From: Holosporales bacterium
GTDB taxonomy: Bacteria; Pseudomonadota; Alphaproteobacteria; UBA3830; JAIRWN01
Reading direction: 5' to 3'
Length of the DNA stretch: 50,966 nucleotides
NCBI GenBank assembly: GCA_031267535.1
Contig: JAIRYS010000011.1
Span: forward strand, 1-50,966
The position numbers and the translations under genes are program-made. Below, one piece after another: positions 36,953 to 47,669 of the stretch (positions within the stretch are counted from its first letter, which is position 1; each line of letters begins with the position of its first letter). Under the pieces are notes generated by a model. That model saw only the letters and a list, made by a program, of their open reading frames with translations. It did not search any database and was not told where the DNA came from.

Positions 36953-37873
36953 GAATTTTTTGTTTCTGTGTTCTGAGAAATCACTGATATCACCCTTTAT
37001 AAGGTTGTTAAGAGCTCTTTTAATGGTATCGCCAACTAATTGAATGGTTTTTTTGTTGTGTCTGTGGGCGCCGCCAATAGGCTCTTTAACAATTTCGTCT
37101 ATTACCTCCAGTTTCAGCAAATCATAAGCCGTAAGGCGCAGAGCATTGGCAGCCTCAGCGGCGTTTTCTCGACTTTTCCAAAGAATTGACGCGCAACCTT
37201 CGGGCGATATTACGGAATAAACAGAATTCTCAAGCATAGCGATATGGTTAGCTACTCCTATAGCTATTGCGCCGCCGGAGCCTCCTTCCCCTATTACAGC
37301 GCTAACAATTGGCACGTTAATCTTTAGGCTTTCCTCCAGACACTTGGCAATGGCTTCTGCTTGACCGCGTTCTTCCGCGCCAACCCCTGGAAAAGCGCCG
37401 GCGGTATCTATAAGCGTGATTAGCGGCATTCCGAAATGATCTGCCATTTGCATAAGGCGGCGAGCTTTACGGTAGCCCTCAGGATTTGGCATACCAAAAT
37501 TACACTTTATCCTTTCGTTTGTGTCATGACCTTTATTCTGACCCAGCACTACAACAGACGTGCCGTCTAAGCGACCAATCCCGCCAATTATCGCGCAATC
37601 CTCGCCAAACAGCCTGTCCCCAGCAAGCGGGGTAAAATCTTCAATCAAAGCGTTTATATAGTCGGAGGTCTTAGGCCTGTCGCTGTGCCTGGCAACCTGG
37701 ACTCGCTCCCAAGCGGATAAGTCCTCGTAAATCTTAATAAGCAATCTTTCAAGCTTTTGCTCAAGCTTAGAAACTTCTTCTGCGACGCTAGGTTCGGCAG
37801 CCACGCGCGGCTTAAGCTCGTTTATTTTATTCTCAATGTCGACTATGGGTTCTTCAAACTTGAACGTTATCAT
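36923..37873 (-). CDS. accA: Acetyl-CoA carboxylase carboxyltransferase subunit alpha
   Basis: RHSDRPKTSDYI...LITLIDTAGAFPGVGAEERGQAEAIA...VIGEGGSGGA. Confidence 0.93.
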   Translation of the reverse strand: MITFKFEEPIVDIENKINELKPRVAAEPSVAEEVSKLEQKLERLLIKIYEDLSAWERVQVARHSDRPKTSDYINALIEDFTPLAGDRLFGEDCAIIGGIGRLDGTSVVVLGQNKGHDTNERIKCNFGMPNPEGYRKARRLMQMADHFGMPLITLIDTAGAFPGVGAEERGQAEAIAKCLEESLKINVPIVSAVIGEGGSGGAIAIGVANHIAMLENSVYSVISPEGCASILWKSRENAAEAANALRLTAYDLLKLEVIDEIVKEPIGGAHRHNKKTIQLVGDTIKRALNNLIKGDISDFSEHRNKKFLAMGNAGLP

Positions 37874-37879
37874 AGCTGC

Positions 37880-38233
37880 TTAATCGTCTAGTTTTTTTCC
37901 GCCAAGAATATGCGTGTGAAAGTGCGGAACTTCTTGACAGCTGTCAGGACCTGTATTCGTCACCAACCTGTAGCCGCTCTCGCCCAATCCAGCATCCTTA
38001 GCGACCTTAACAACCGCACGAAAGTACGCGGCAATCTGGGCGTCAGATGAAAGCTCAATAAAATCCGTCAGACATGTATGCTCGCCTTTTGGCAGAACCA
38101 GAATGTGCTGAGGCGCTTTGGGAAATATATCACGGATCGCAAGCGCATCGTCGCTTTCAAAAACCTTAGAGCACTTGGCCTCGCCACGCAAAATCTTAGC
38201 AAAAACATTATTTCTATCGTATTCTTTCAACAT
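37880..38233 (-). CDS. HIT family (histidine triad) protein
   Basis: The start is MLKEYDRNNVFAKIL. The histidine triad reads VPHFHTHILGG. Confidence 0.88.
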   Translation of the reverse strand: MLKEYDRNNVFAKILRGEAKCSKVFESDDALAIRDIFPKAPQHILVLPKGEHTCLTDFIELSSDAQIAAYFRAVVKVAKDAGLGESGYRLVTNTGPDSCQEVPHFHTHILGGKKLDD

Positions 38234-38290
38234 TTTGATTATACTCGCTGGCACTGCACATAACTGTCGTTTACCACAGCAAAACATAAA

Positions 38291-38860
38291 ATGATACATA
38301 TTTCAGACCAATTTGCCGCTTGGCACGGAACAACGATACTTTCGGTACGTAAGGGCGACGAAGTCGTAATTATCGGCGACGGTCAAGTGACCATGGGGGC
38401 GTGCGTGGTCAAGGCCACTGCCAGGAAAATCAGGACTTTGTCCGGAGGCAACGCGCTAGCGGGATTTGCAGGCTCTACGGCAGATGCTCTTACTTTGTTT
38501 GAGAAGCTGGAGGCTAAGCTGGAGCAATTTCAAGGACAACTGACTCGCGCATGTGTCGAACTTGCGAAAGACTGGCGCACCGACAAATACCTTAGGCGCT
38601 TAGAGGCTATGATGGCGGTAGTCGATCGGCAAACGTCGCTGATACTAGGCGGCAATGGCGACGTCCTTGAGCCGGAAGGCGGCATAATCGCCATAGGCTC
38701 CGGCGGCAACTACGCTTTAGCCGCGGCAAGAGCGCTTATCAGCGTAAACAATCTTTCTGCCGAGGAAATCGCACGCAAAGCCATGGATATTGCGGCTGAT
38801 ATCTGCATTTACACTAATAAAAACGTGACTTTAGAAAAGTTAATCGAAAAGGACAAATGA
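38291..38860 (+). CDS. hslV: ATP-dependent protease subunit HslV
   Basis: [11 protein letters not shown] contains the N-terminal Thr nucleophile context; [14 protein letters not shown] is also present. Confidence 0.95.
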   Translation: MIHISDQFAAWHGTTILSVRKGDEVVIIGDGQVTMGACVVKATARKIRTLSGGNALAGFAGSTADALTLFEKLEAKLEQFQGQLTRACVELAKDWRTDKYLRRLEAMMAVVDRQTSLILGGNGDVLEPEGGIIAIGSGGNYALAAARALISVNNLSAEEIARKAMDIAADICIYTNKNVTLEKLIEKDK

Positions 38861-40179
38861 AGACCCTATTATCTCCAAAGCAAATTGTTGACGAGCTGGA
38901 TAAGCATATTGTCGGTCAGATCGAGGCTAAGCGAGCAGTAGCTTTGGCTTTGCGTAATCGTTGGCGCAGGCAAAAAGTGCCAAGCCCGCTTAAAGAAGAG
39001 ATTTTACCTAAGAATATTCTGATGATCGGCCCAACCGGAGTTGGTAAAACAGAAGTATCGCGGAGGCTAGCGCGTCTTGCTCAAGCGCCATTTATCAAGG
39101 TTGAGGCGACAAAGTTTACAGAAGTAGGATATGTAGGACGCGACGTTGAACAGATTATCCGAGATCTGGTCGAAATTGCGGTTTCGGATGCGAAGGAGCT
39201 TGCTCGGCGACAAAATCATACAAAAGCGCAAAATTTGGCTGAGGAGCGCATTCTGCTTGCGTTGGTTGGGGAAAAAGCTTCGGAAGAAACACGCAGCAAG
39301 TTCAAAGAAATGCTTAATGCTGGGAAGTTAGAGGACAGAGAAATAGAAGTTAAGGTGTCTGACCAGCCGGCGCTTGGCTCAACGCCGTTTTTTGACGTAC
39401 CCGGAGCTTCTGGCGCCCAGATGGGGATGATAAACATCACTGACATGATAAATAAGAGTCTGGGGATTGGCAGCAAAAGCAAAGCATGCAAAATGACAGT
39501 TGCTCAAGCCAGGATCAAGCTGGCCGCGGAAGAGAATGAAAAGCTGTTGGATCAAGACAAGATTGTTCGCGAGGCCGTTCATAATGTTGAGCAAAATGCC
39601 ATCGTCTTTATCGATGAAATAGATAAAATCTGCGCCCGTGCCGAGGTTTCCGGCGCAGACGTCAGTCGCGAAGGAGTTCAGCGGGATCTGTTGCCCTTAA
39701 TTGAGGGATGTTCAGTTTCTACAAAGTACGGAACCGTTAAAACGGATTATATCCTGTTTATCACCTCTGGCGCTTTTCATGTCGCAAAGCCCTCTGATCT
39801 TTTACCAGAACTGCAGGGGCGCCTTCCCATAAGGGTTGAGTTGAAACCGCTTAGAGACGCGGATTTCGTCCGCATACTGACCGAGCCAGAATCTAGCTTG
39901 ATCAAGCAGTATCAAGCTCTGCTGGCAACAGAGGATGTTACTTTAGAGTTTTCGTCAAGCGGTATTTCCAAGATCGCTTGTACTGCGGCAGAGATAAACG
40001 AAAACGTCGAAAATATAGGAGCTAGGCGTTTACATACAATCCTGGAAAAGGTAGTCGAAGAGGTCAGCTTTAACGCACATGACTACAAAGAAAAAACTGT
40101 TGTGATAGACGATAAATACGTAGAAAACGCCATTAGCGCCTTGGCTTCTAATAGAGATTTATCGAGGTTCATACTCTGA
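38857..40179 (+). CDS. hslU: ATP-dependent protease ATPase subunit HslU
   Basis: Walker [12 protein letters not shown]; Walker [12 protein letters not shown] 4-nt overlap links it to hslV. Confidence 0.96.
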   Translation: MKTLLSPKQIVDELDKHIVGQIEAKRAVALALRNRWRRQKVPSPLKEEILPKNILMIGPTGVGKTEVSRRLARLAQAPFIKVEATKFTEVGYVGRDVEQIIRDLVEIAVSDAKELARRQNHTKAQNLAEERILLALVGEKASEETRSKFKEMLNAGKLEDREIEVKVSDQPALGSTPFFDVPGASGAQMGMINITDMINKSLGIGSKSKACKMTVAQARIKLAAEENEKLLDQDKIVREAVHNVEQNAIVFIDEIDKICARAEVSGADVSREGVQRDLLPLIEGCSVSTKYGTVKTDYILFITSGAFHVAKPSDLLPELQGRLPIRVELKPLRDADFVRILTEPESSLIKQYQALLATEDVTLEFSSSGISKIACTAAEINENVENIGARRLHTILEKVVEEVSFNAHDYKEKTVVIDDKYVENAISALASNRDLSRFIL

Positions 40180-40205
40180 TTTTGCAGATTTTACGCGTCA
40201 TAAAC

Positions 40206-41195
40206 ATGCTTATAAAACCTCTAAAGATCGGTTCATTAAATATAGAAACCCCAATTTTTCTTGCGCCTATGGCAGGGGTTAGCGATTTGCCCTATCGCCA
40301 GCGCGTGCTCAGCTTTGGTCCAATCCCTACATTTTGTGAAATGGTCGCTTCTGAGGCAATTAATCGCAAAAATGGACGGACTATGCGCATGGTGTCACAC
40401 GCCTCAGGCAGCCCAAAAATAGTCCAAATCGTTGGAAACGATCCGCTAAGCATGGCTGAAGCCGCTAGAATAAACGAAAGTATGGGTGCGGACGTAATAG
40501 ACATAAACATGGGATGTCCCGTTCGCAAAGTAGTTACGGGCTTTGCCGGATCGGCTCTTATGAAAGATGAAATTTTGGCTGCAAAAATAGTCAGCAGCGT
40601 GGTCAAGACCGTAAAAGCGCCGGTTACTGTAAAAATGCGTATGGGTTGGAATAATGAATCCCTAAACGCCCCCAGGTTAGCCGCCATATTACAGGATAAT
40701 GGGGCGCGGATGATTACAGTTCATGCTCGCACCAGAAGCCAGCTGTACAGCGGAATTGCCGATTGGAAATTCGTAAGAAAGGTCAAAGATTCTGTCGATA
40801 TACCGGTTATAGTTAATGGAGATATAGTTGATGAAAGTACAGCCGTGGAGGCGCTTAATGACTCTGGTGCAGACGGCATTATGATTGGACGTGCAAGCCG
40901 AGGCAAACCTTGGATCTTAAGTCATATTTCTCATTTTCTGAAAACCGGCGAGGTTAAATCTGCGCCAAATCAAGGCAGAATACTAAAATACTTAAGCGAT
41001 TTTATGTCGGATTTTCTGGCTTTTTATGGCAATGAAATCGCCGCCAAGCTCGCAAAAAAACATATTTGCTGGTACACAAAAGGGATGGATGGGGCGGCAG
41101 AGTTGCGCAGCAGAGTAAACGCATCATCATCCATAAATGACATGCTAAGCTTGGTTAAAGGCTTTGTCAGCGAGGGCTGCAGCCATGCAAGATGA
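40206..41195 (+). CDS. dusB: tRNA-dihydrouridine synthase B
   Basis: [13 protein letters not shown]...DINMGCP...VTVKMRMGW...ITVHARTR. Confidence 0.9.
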   Translation: MLIKPLKIGSLNIETPIFLAPMAGVSDLPYRQRVLSFGPIPTFCEMVASEAINRKNGRTMRMVSHASGSPKIVQIVGNDPLSMAEAARINESMGADVIDINMGCPVRKVVTGFAGSALMKDEILAAKIVSSVVKTVKAPVTVKMRMGWNNESLNAPRLAAILQDNGARMITVHARTRSQLYSGIADWKFVRKVKDSVDIPVIVNGDIVDESTAVEALNDSGADGIMIGRASRGKPWILSHISHFLKTGEVKSAPNQGRILKYLSDFMSDFLAFYGNEIAAKLAKKHICWYTKGMDGAAELRSRVNASSSINDMLSLVKGFVSEGCSHAR

Positions 41196-41433
41196 TCTGT
41201 CAGCAATTTTGGAAGGTAAATTGGGAAAATACTTCGCCGAAACCCGCCAAGATAAAATTCCTTCAAGCTTGTACGATTACATAATGCATGAGGTTGAGCA
41301 GATTTTGATTAACAAAACGCTCAGCTATACTGATGACAATCAAACTCAGGCAGCCAAACTGTTAGGACTCAATCGTAATACCTTAAGAAATAAGATAAAA
41401 AAAGCAATAATCCTGAGGGGGGGCTGCGATTAA
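41185..41433 (+). CDS. Fis-family (HTH_8) small DNA-binding protein
   Basis: The C-terminal HTH reads [22 protein letters not shown]. It sits immediately after dusB and overlaps it by 11 nt. Confidence 0.75.
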   Translation: MQDDLSAILEGKLGKYFAETRQDKIPSSLYDYIMHEVEQILINKTLSYTDDNQTQAAKLLGLNRNTLRNKIKKAIILRGGCD

Positions 41434-41515
41434 AAAACAGAGCTACATATACAGATTCTATCACGCGTTTCATAACCTTTCGTCCAAATCAAAGCTACGA
41501 AGAATCTTTTCGTAT

Positions 41516-43573
41516 TTGGTTTTTGTTTCGGCTTTTTTTGCTGGCGTTTTGACGTATGCGCTTCATCGCAGACAGTTTTTAAGCATAGGCGAACATCAAT
41601 GGAGCGTGCTGATTTATCTAGACGCAATTTTGTTGTTGTTGGCAGCATTTATAGTCGCTCAACGCTTGGCAAGGTTGTGGTCGGAAAAACGCACGGGACT
41701 GGCTGGGTCGAACCTGCAAACTAAGCTTATTCTTGGGTTTTCTATTCTAGCCATTTTGCCATGTCTGATAATGATAATTTTCGCCGCTGCGTTTTTTCAT
41801 GGAGAATTAGAAAACTGGTTTTCTGAGCGTAATAAGGCCGCGCTGTCTGCCTCAAAGCAAGTGGCTGAGTTGTACCTTAAAGAGCATCAAAAAAACATAA
41901 TCGAAGACGCTAATACAGTTGCATATCTAATATCAAATCAGTTGCCGGCAATTGCTGATTCAGAAAGCGCCAGGAACGACTTTGTGGCGCAGCTTGCAAC
42001 GATTAAATCGCTTGCTGATATAGTCGTCTTCGATCAAGACATGGCGGTTGTCGCCAGGTCGCCATTTAGCTTTGCCGCCGAGTTTGCGCCTGTAAAACAT
42101 CAGGATTTGATAGAGGCTTGGCAACAAGGCGTCGTTCTTGTAGGGGGGTCAGAATACCAATTTGCACGCGCTTTAACGTCCATAGAAGTCATTGGCAATA
42201 CTTTTTTCGTTTTGATTGGCCGACAGCTGGATAATTCCGCCATCGAGTACATGGAGAAAGCTAAAAAGGCCACTCACGAATACGAAAATCTACAGAATAA
42301 ACGCTCGCATCTAGAGCTTGGGTTTATCGCGATTTTTCTGGCAGTAAGTCTACTGTTGATACTGGCTGCAATAAGCGCAGCGCTTACCGTTTCATGGCAA
42401 TTGATTAAACCAATAGGCCGCTTGATTAATGTTGCCGAGAAAATCCGCAGCGGTGATATGAACGCCAGGGTTCCGGAAAATAATGCTAAGAGCGAGTTAG
42501 GCTTGTTGGGCAGATCGTTCAATCAAATGGTCAGTGAGCTGACTTTTCAAAAAAATCAACTGCATGACGCCAATAAATTTATTGAAAATGTGCTTTCAAA
42601 TATCTCTTCCGGCATCATAAGCCTCAACAACAGCAAGAAGGTGCTTCTTATTAACCGGGCTGCGTGCAATTTGTTAAACATAAACGTCTCGAAATGCTTG
42701 GGTAAGCCGATATATAAGCTTTTCCCCGAAGCAAAGGATATTCTAGATCGCAATAATAGCAATACATATGAGGGCGAGCTTCAAGTAAAACGAGGGCCAG
42801 ACGTTCGTGTTTTCTACGCTAGAGTAACAAAAGATGTCGATGGATATATTGTTTCAATTGATGATCTTACTGAGCTGTTCGTTGCGCAGAAAATGGCTAC
42901 TTGGTCAGATGTTGCCAGGCGAGTCGCGCACGAAATAAAAAATCCGCTCACTCCCATACAACTGGCTGCCGAAAGGCTTAAGCGCAAATATCTGGGGCAG
43001 ATTAATAATGACCAAGAAACTTTTTCAAATCTTATAAAAACAATCGTAGGTCAGGTTGGGGATATTAAGCGGCTTATCAACGAATTTAGTCAGTTTGCAA
43101 AGATGCCCTCGCCTGTTTTTACAAAGTTTAATTTCGTCGAGATCTTCAATGACGCCTTGCTGCTGCAGCAAGTTGCTAACCCAGGTATTGCTTTTGTAAA
43201 CGCTTGCAAATATGATACACTGATCATAAAAGGTGATGCTAGAATGCTACACCAGGCAATTAGCAACGTTGTGCTCAACGCGGTTAATGCAATCGGGGAA
43301 ATGCCTGAAAAGCCACAACAGCCCAGGATTGCAGCTAACGTTTTGGATAAAAGCGACGGCATACAGGTGGTTGTTGAGGATAATGGCCAGGGTTTTCCGG
43401 AAGAACACCTTGATAGGTTGACAGACCCGTACGTAACTATGAGCGCAAAAGGAACAGGTTTAGGTTTAGCTATTGTGAAAAAGATACTGTCAGATCACAA
43501 CGGTAAGCTGTTTTTGGAAAACGCGCCAAATGGTGGAGCGAGGGTTTCCATGCTTATACCCAAAAGCCCATAG
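41516..43573 (+). CDS. ntrY: Sensor histidine kinase NtrY
   Basis: N-terminal transmembrane segments, a HAMP-like region, a PAS-like region, H-box VAHEIKNPLTPI, N-box and G-box GTGLGLAIVKKI. The start codon is TTG. Confidence 0.85.
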   Translation: MVFVSAFFAGVLTYALHRRQFLSIGEHQWSVLIYLDAILLLLAAFIVAQRLARLWSEKRTGLAGSNLQTKLILGFSILAILPCLIMIIFAAAFFHGELENWFSERNKAALSASKQVAELYLKEHQKNIIEDANTVAYLISNQLPAIADSESARNDFVAQLATIKSLADIVVFDQDMAVVARSPFSFAAEFAPVKHQDLIEAWQQGVVLVGGSEYQFARALTSIEVIGNTFFVLIGRQLDNSAIEYMEKAKKATHEYENLQNKRSHLELGFIAIFLAVSLLLILAAISAALTVSWQLIKPIGRLINVAEKIRSGDMNARVPENNAKSELGLLGRSFNQMVSELTFQKNQLHDANKFIENVLSNISSGIISLNNSKKVLLINRAACNLLNINVSKCLGKPIYKLFPEAKDILDRNNSNTYEGELQVKRGPDVRVFYARVTKDVDGYIVSIDDLTELFVAQKMATWSDVARRVAHEIKNPLTPIQLAAERLKRKYLGQINNDQETFSNLIKTIVGQVGDIKRLINEFSQFAKMPSPVFTKFNFVEIFNDALLLQQVANPGIAFVNACKYDTLIIKGDARMLHQAISNVVLNAVNAIGEMPEKPQQPRIAANVLDKSDGIQVVVEDNGQGFPEEHLDRLTDPYVTMSAKGTGLGLAIVKKILSDHNGKLFLENAPNGGARVSMLIPKSP

Positions 43574-43590
43574 TTGATTTGCAGTAATTT

Positions 43591-45006
43591 ATGCAGAGGC
43601 AAGAAGTCTTAGTAGTAGATGACGAGCAAGAGGTAAGAGCCCTCATCTCAGATGTATTGCGCGACGAGGGATATGTCGTCAAGCAAGCAAGCGACGGCTT
43701 GTCGGCGATGAATACTTTGAAAAATTTCTTTCCATCGGCGGTTTTACTGGATTTGTGGATAGGTGCTGATGAGTCGGCCGGTATAGAAATCCTGCAGAAG
43801 ATAAAAGAAAAAAGCCCGCATCTGCCAGTCATTATAATATCCGGACACGGGACAATAGATGCAGCAGTAGAAGCCACCCGACGTGGAGCATACGATTTCA
43901 TCGAAAAGCCCTTTGTCATTGACAAGTTACTGCTGTCGGTCAAGCGCGCTGCCGAATCTTGTCTGCTGGTGGAGGAAAATCTTAAGCTACGTAAAAGAAT
44001 CGGTCGAGACAACCAGCTTATAGGCAAATCCGGCGATATTAGCCAAATCAAGCAAATGATAAAAAAGGTCGCCGACACCAACAGCCGCGTGCTTGTGACT
44101 GGGCCGATTGGCGTAGAGGTCGAGGCTGTAGCGTTTGAGGTGCACAACTGTTCTCCTCGTAAAGATTTGCCTTTCGTTCCCTTCAACTGCGCCAACGTGG
44201 ATTTAGGCGCTTTTGAAAAAGAGTTGTTCGGCGAAGAAAACTTAAACGGAGAGATAGTCGCCCACGGCGCGCTGGACGCGGTTGGCGAGGGTACCCTGTT
44301 TCTTGAAGAGGTTACCGACCTGTCAATTGAGTTGCAGTCTAAACTTGTGCGCGCGCTGCAGGAAAATACCTACAAACGTATGGGAGGGCGACAAGCGCTT
44401 GATATAAAAGCCAGAATAATAAGTTCAACGTCAAGCAACATCGAAGATCTGATCAATCAAGGCAAATTCAACCAGAATTTGTACTATCGGCTGGGGGTCG
44501 TACCAATAAAAGTTTCGCCCATTAAAGATAGGCGAGAGGATATAGAGCAATTGGTAAATTTCTACCTCGACAACGCCAATGATTTCTTCAGCCTGCCGCC
44601 AAAGAAGATGAGCAGGGAAGCGCTGGCGTTGCTCGTATCCTATGATTGGCCCGGCAATGTTCGGCAGCTTAAAAACGTAATCGAATGGACGCTGATCATG
44701 AGCGGTGGATCCGATGAGGAAGAGATTTCCGTCGAGTCTCTACCACCAGATATCAAATCCCCTAAGCATGATGTTTTTGATGAAAGCGTCAACATGGATC
44801 GTTTTATTAATCTTCCGCTGAGGGAAGCTCGCGATGTATTTGAGCATGATTATCTGCTTATGCAAGTCAATCGGTTTTTGGGCAACGTGTCAAAGACTGC
44901 AGGCTTTATAGGTATGGAAAGATCCGCCCTACACAGAAAGCTTAGATCTATGGACTTGACCAGAGAAAGAAGGCGTCTTGACGACGACGTTGACGTTGAA
45001 AACTGA
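43591..45006 (+). CDS. ntrX: Response regulator NtrX (REC, degenerate AAA+ domain, Fis-type HTH)
   Basis: The receiver domain reads VLVVDDE...LLDLWI. The AAA+ region lacks GAFTGA and has GPIGVEVE in place of the Walker A motif. The C-terminal HTH reads NVSKTAGFIGMERSALHRKLR. Confidence 0.85.
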   Translation: MQRQEVLVVDDEQEVRALISDVLRDEGYVVKQASDGLSAMNTLKNFFPSAVLLDLWIGADESAGIEILQKIKEKSPHLPVIIISGHGTIDAAVEATRRGAYDFIEKPFVIDKLLLSVKRAAESCLLVEENLKLRKRIGRDNQLIGKSGDISQIKQMIKKVADTNSRVLVTGPIGVEVEAVAFEVHNCSPRKDLPFVPFNCANVDLGAFEKELFGEENLNGEIVAHGALDAVGEGTLFLEEVTDLSIELQSKLVRALQENTYKRMGGRQALDIKARIISSTSSNIEDLINQGKFNQNLYYRLGVVPIKVSPIKDRREDIEQLVNFYLDNANDFFSLPPKKMSREALALLVSYDWPGNVRQLKNVIEWTLIMSGGSDEEEISVESLPPDIKSPKHDVFDESVNMDRFINLPLREARDVFEHDYLLMQVNRFLGNVSKTAGFIGMERSALHRKLRSMDLTRERRRLDDDVDVEN

Positions 45007-45577
45007 TTTAACCGCATCCCTTATCTCGAGGTTATGCCACGACGTCGCTTCCCCTGTCGGGGCGATCAGGCTTGGCCTAGACGTCGCATTCGAAAGCAAA
45101 GAGCCAAATATACTGTCGGCAATTGAGGGTAGTATCAATAAGGCAATCGCCGTAATTAATGTTTTTCGAATGATAAGCGCTAAGGATGACGTTACCTGGC
45201 AGCAAATCAAAGAAGTGATAGGCGAATATGCAGGCAGCAGAGGCGTGCAATTAAGCCTAGACATTTCAGTTCAGCAACACGGCCAATTGGCCAAAGGTGT
45301 TTTCATTTTGTTGGCCATCATGGTTGGCTCATCCAGAAAACAGTGCACTTTTGAGTTGCACAATGTTTCTAAAAATCAACTTTGCCTTGATGGAACAGGC
45401 GAATTTTTCTTGTCCAATGGCGATTTAGCGGGTCTGCTATCCCCTGAAGCGTCTGAGCGCTCGTCAAAAACCGCTCTCGCAGACTATTTTCTGCAATATT
45501 CACAAGATATCGGATTAACCTTTTCTTTTGAAGAAACAAGCAGCTCTAGGATTAAACTGCTTGCTTTTTTAGCATAG
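44978..45577 (+). CDS. chpT: ChpT-like histidine phosphotransferase
   Basis: The LISRLCHDVASPVGAI motif is present. Only TTG starts (44978, 44990, 44996) are available, and all lie inside the 3' end of ntrX. Confidence 0.65.
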   Translation: MTTTLTLKTDLTASLISRLCHDVASPVGAIRLGLDVAFESKEPNILSAIEGSINKAIAVINVFRMISAKDDVTWQQIKEVIGEYAGSRGVQLSLDISVQQHGQLAKGVFILLAIMVGSSRKQCTFELHNVSKNQLCLDGTGEFFLSNGDLAGLLSPEASERSSKTALADYFLQYSQDIGLTFSFEETSSSRIKLLAFLA

Positions 45578-45641
45578 ACCAGCGAGTCAATTTGTCTCTG
45601 ATAGACATTTTTTCTGATGTTAAGCTGCTATTCTTCTCAAC

Positions 45642-47669
45642 TTACTGTCGCTCTGCCAACTCTTTTTTTATAGCTGTTTCTGCAAACGTCAAACTGCTTG
45701 TCAATCTACTTTTATGTCCATTTAGTTCATCTGACAATTTAGGAGGGATATCCCGTTTCTTAAATTTTAACGCGTGTCTTGCAGTATTCTCCTCTGTTTG
45801 CAAAGCGTAAGGTATGGCACGTTGCATTATGTCAACTAAAGTTAAACTATGCTCTAAGCCTATCGTTCGCCGAACAGACATAACTGTTTTAGCCACAGCG
45901 CCAAGCATCTCGAAGTTGTATCCCATAAAACTCTTTTCAAGATCATCACCACGCTGTAGGAGCATAGTTTCCATAAGCGTTAGTTTGTACTGATCACCGC
46001 AGTTTGGTATCAGCTCTACCATTATTTTAAAGTAATCCTCGGCGCTAAATGCTACCTTTCCAGATTCGAGTAGTATGACAAGTTTATCTAACGCTTCATT
46101 TAGACCAGAGCCCTCTCTTACGCTAAATAAGGCAGACGTAATCCCCCATTGAGCAAAACAAACTCTTACTCCGCCTGCTGTTATTCTAGGCACGATTGCA
46201 TCGGGCAATGCCAAAAGATACCTTAAATAGTGCGGGGAAGTATTAAGCGCTGTAACTAGCGCGGGATTAACTGCCTGATGACCGAATTGAGTTGCGTTTA
46301 CTATTCTGGTTCCATATTTCTCGACGATTTGCTCCAATATGCCATTTGGGTCTGTCCCAGAAGGATTAGCTATAATGGCCATTGATAATAAGCTTACCAT
46401 ATCATCACCTAACTGATTCGTAATCCGATCGATTGGTGGCTCGAAAATATCAACCAACGCCCTAAATGCATCAGCGTTTCTGTAACAAATCGTTGCTTGC
46501 AATGGTGGAGTATAGCTATGACCGCCCCTTGAACGTATATCTCTGTCTTCGGCGTAAATGGCAACATTAGGCAATTTGTTCCGAGCTTTAAGATAAGCGA
46601 TACATTTCATAACTGACATAGTATACTGAGGAGCATTTACCGCAAATAGCAGTGCGATGTGCACATCCATCGGGCTGAGCGCTGAATGAGCGCAGTTTCC
46701 AAGAAAGTATTCCAGACAACTGGATGCATGATTTGCTGTTTGTTCGGATGTGTCTAGAAAATGCATGCTGGCTATTCGTGCCGATACCGCCTCCCTCTCT
46801 TCTTCAAACAATCGGAGATCAGCTTCATTGATTTGCTCGTCAGTCAATAAAGCGCTTCCACCGGCGGCAGCTGGATTCATCGATAAAAGCAAGCCCTCGT
46901 CGGCTTCAAAGCAGAATGCACCTGGGCCAAAATCAACTGTTCGAAAGTCCATCAAGCTACCGGCGCCGCCACAAAATCTTGTCGATGGATCATCATCGCA
47001 CATGCTAAAAAACGTGGCCAATCTATATATTCCTGCTCTGACTGGTTTTAACACAACAAGCGCCGGCATTTCTCTTTCTGTAATCTCTCCGCTAGGAGCT
47101 TTCTCGAAAGCTGACAGACGGCCAGATTGTACTAATATGCCAATATCTCCAAAACGACCGAGCGGCCCATATCGGCAGCAATCACCGTGTGCAATAATAT
47201 GCGACAAAATATGGACCATAATTGTAGTTTTTGTCGCCTTTTTACCTTCAACAGCACTTTGAACCTCTTCGGCCAAATCTCCATATGCGCTTAAGTATCC
47301 AAACAAATTCAATACTGAAGGATTCGATCCGTCTATACTTCTCGTTAAAAAACCATCGCGTACTGTATCAAAAATGACTTGTACGCCTGGATCCGTTGCA
47401 ACAAGTTCTTTATAGAACAAACTATTGGCCGCAAAAGTAGGCGGTATAAAATGTCCTCTCTCATTGGCATGCTCCGTACCATCCCAGGACCTATCTATAA
47501 GCAAGGAGTTTCCTATGGGCAAAACTAGCTTTACAATACTATAAAATTCGGCAAAAACCCTGCTTTTTGCGATTTTTTCGCGTTCAGCCCGCGTTAGTGG
47601 TAAAGACGCGTAAACTGCCGTATTTAGGCAGATTATAACCGACAATAGATTTAAAAATTTGTTTTTCAT
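45642..47669 (-). CDS. Large orphan secreted protein (675 aa)
   Basis: The signal peptide reads MKNKFLNLLSVIICLNTAVYA. I see no confident domain. The C-terminal half has weak ankyrin-like periodicity (GHSYTPPLQATICYRNADAFRALVD). Confidence 0.65.
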   Translation of the reverse strand: MKNKFLNLLSVIICLNTAVYASLPLTRAEREKIAKSRVFAEFYSIVKLVLPIGNSLLIDRSWDGTEHANERGHFIPPTFAANSLFYKELVATDPGVQVIFDTVRDGFLTRSIDGSNPSVLNLFGYLSAYGDLAEEVQSAVEGKKATKTTIMVHILSHIIAHGDCCRYGPLGRFGDIGILVQSGRLSAFEKAPSGEITEREMPALVVLKPVRAGIYRLATFFSMCDDDPSTRFCGGAGSLMDFRTVDFGPGAFCFEADEGLLLSMNPAAAGGSALLTDEQINEADLRLFEEEREAVSARIASMHFLDTSEQTANHASSCLEYFLGNCAHSALSPMDVHIALLFAVNAPQYTMSVMKCIAYLKARNKLPNVAIYAEDRDIRSRGGHSYTPPLQATICYRNADAFRALVDIFEPPIDRITNQLGDDMVSLLSMAIIANPSGTDPNGILEQIVEKYGTRIVNATQFGHQAVNPALVTALNTSPHYLRYLLALPDAIVPRITAGGVRVCFAQWGITSALFSVREGSGLNEALDKLVILLESGKVAFSAEDYFKIMVELIPNCGDQYKLTLMETMLLQRGDDLEKSFMGYNFEMLGAVAKTVMSVRRTIGLEHSLTLVDIMQRAIPYALQTEENTARHALKFKKRDIPPKLSDELNGHKSRLTSSLTFAETAIKKELAERQ

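Noticed and set aside
43554-44195. 213-aa ORF on the minus strand.
   Set aside because: It is antisense to the ntrY 3' end and the ntrX receiver domain, and I recognise no motifs.
46750-47262. 170-aa ORF on the plus strand.
   Set aside because: It is antisense within the 675-aa signal-peptide ORF. It is Ser/Pro/Ala-rich and low-complexity, as expected for a shadow frame.
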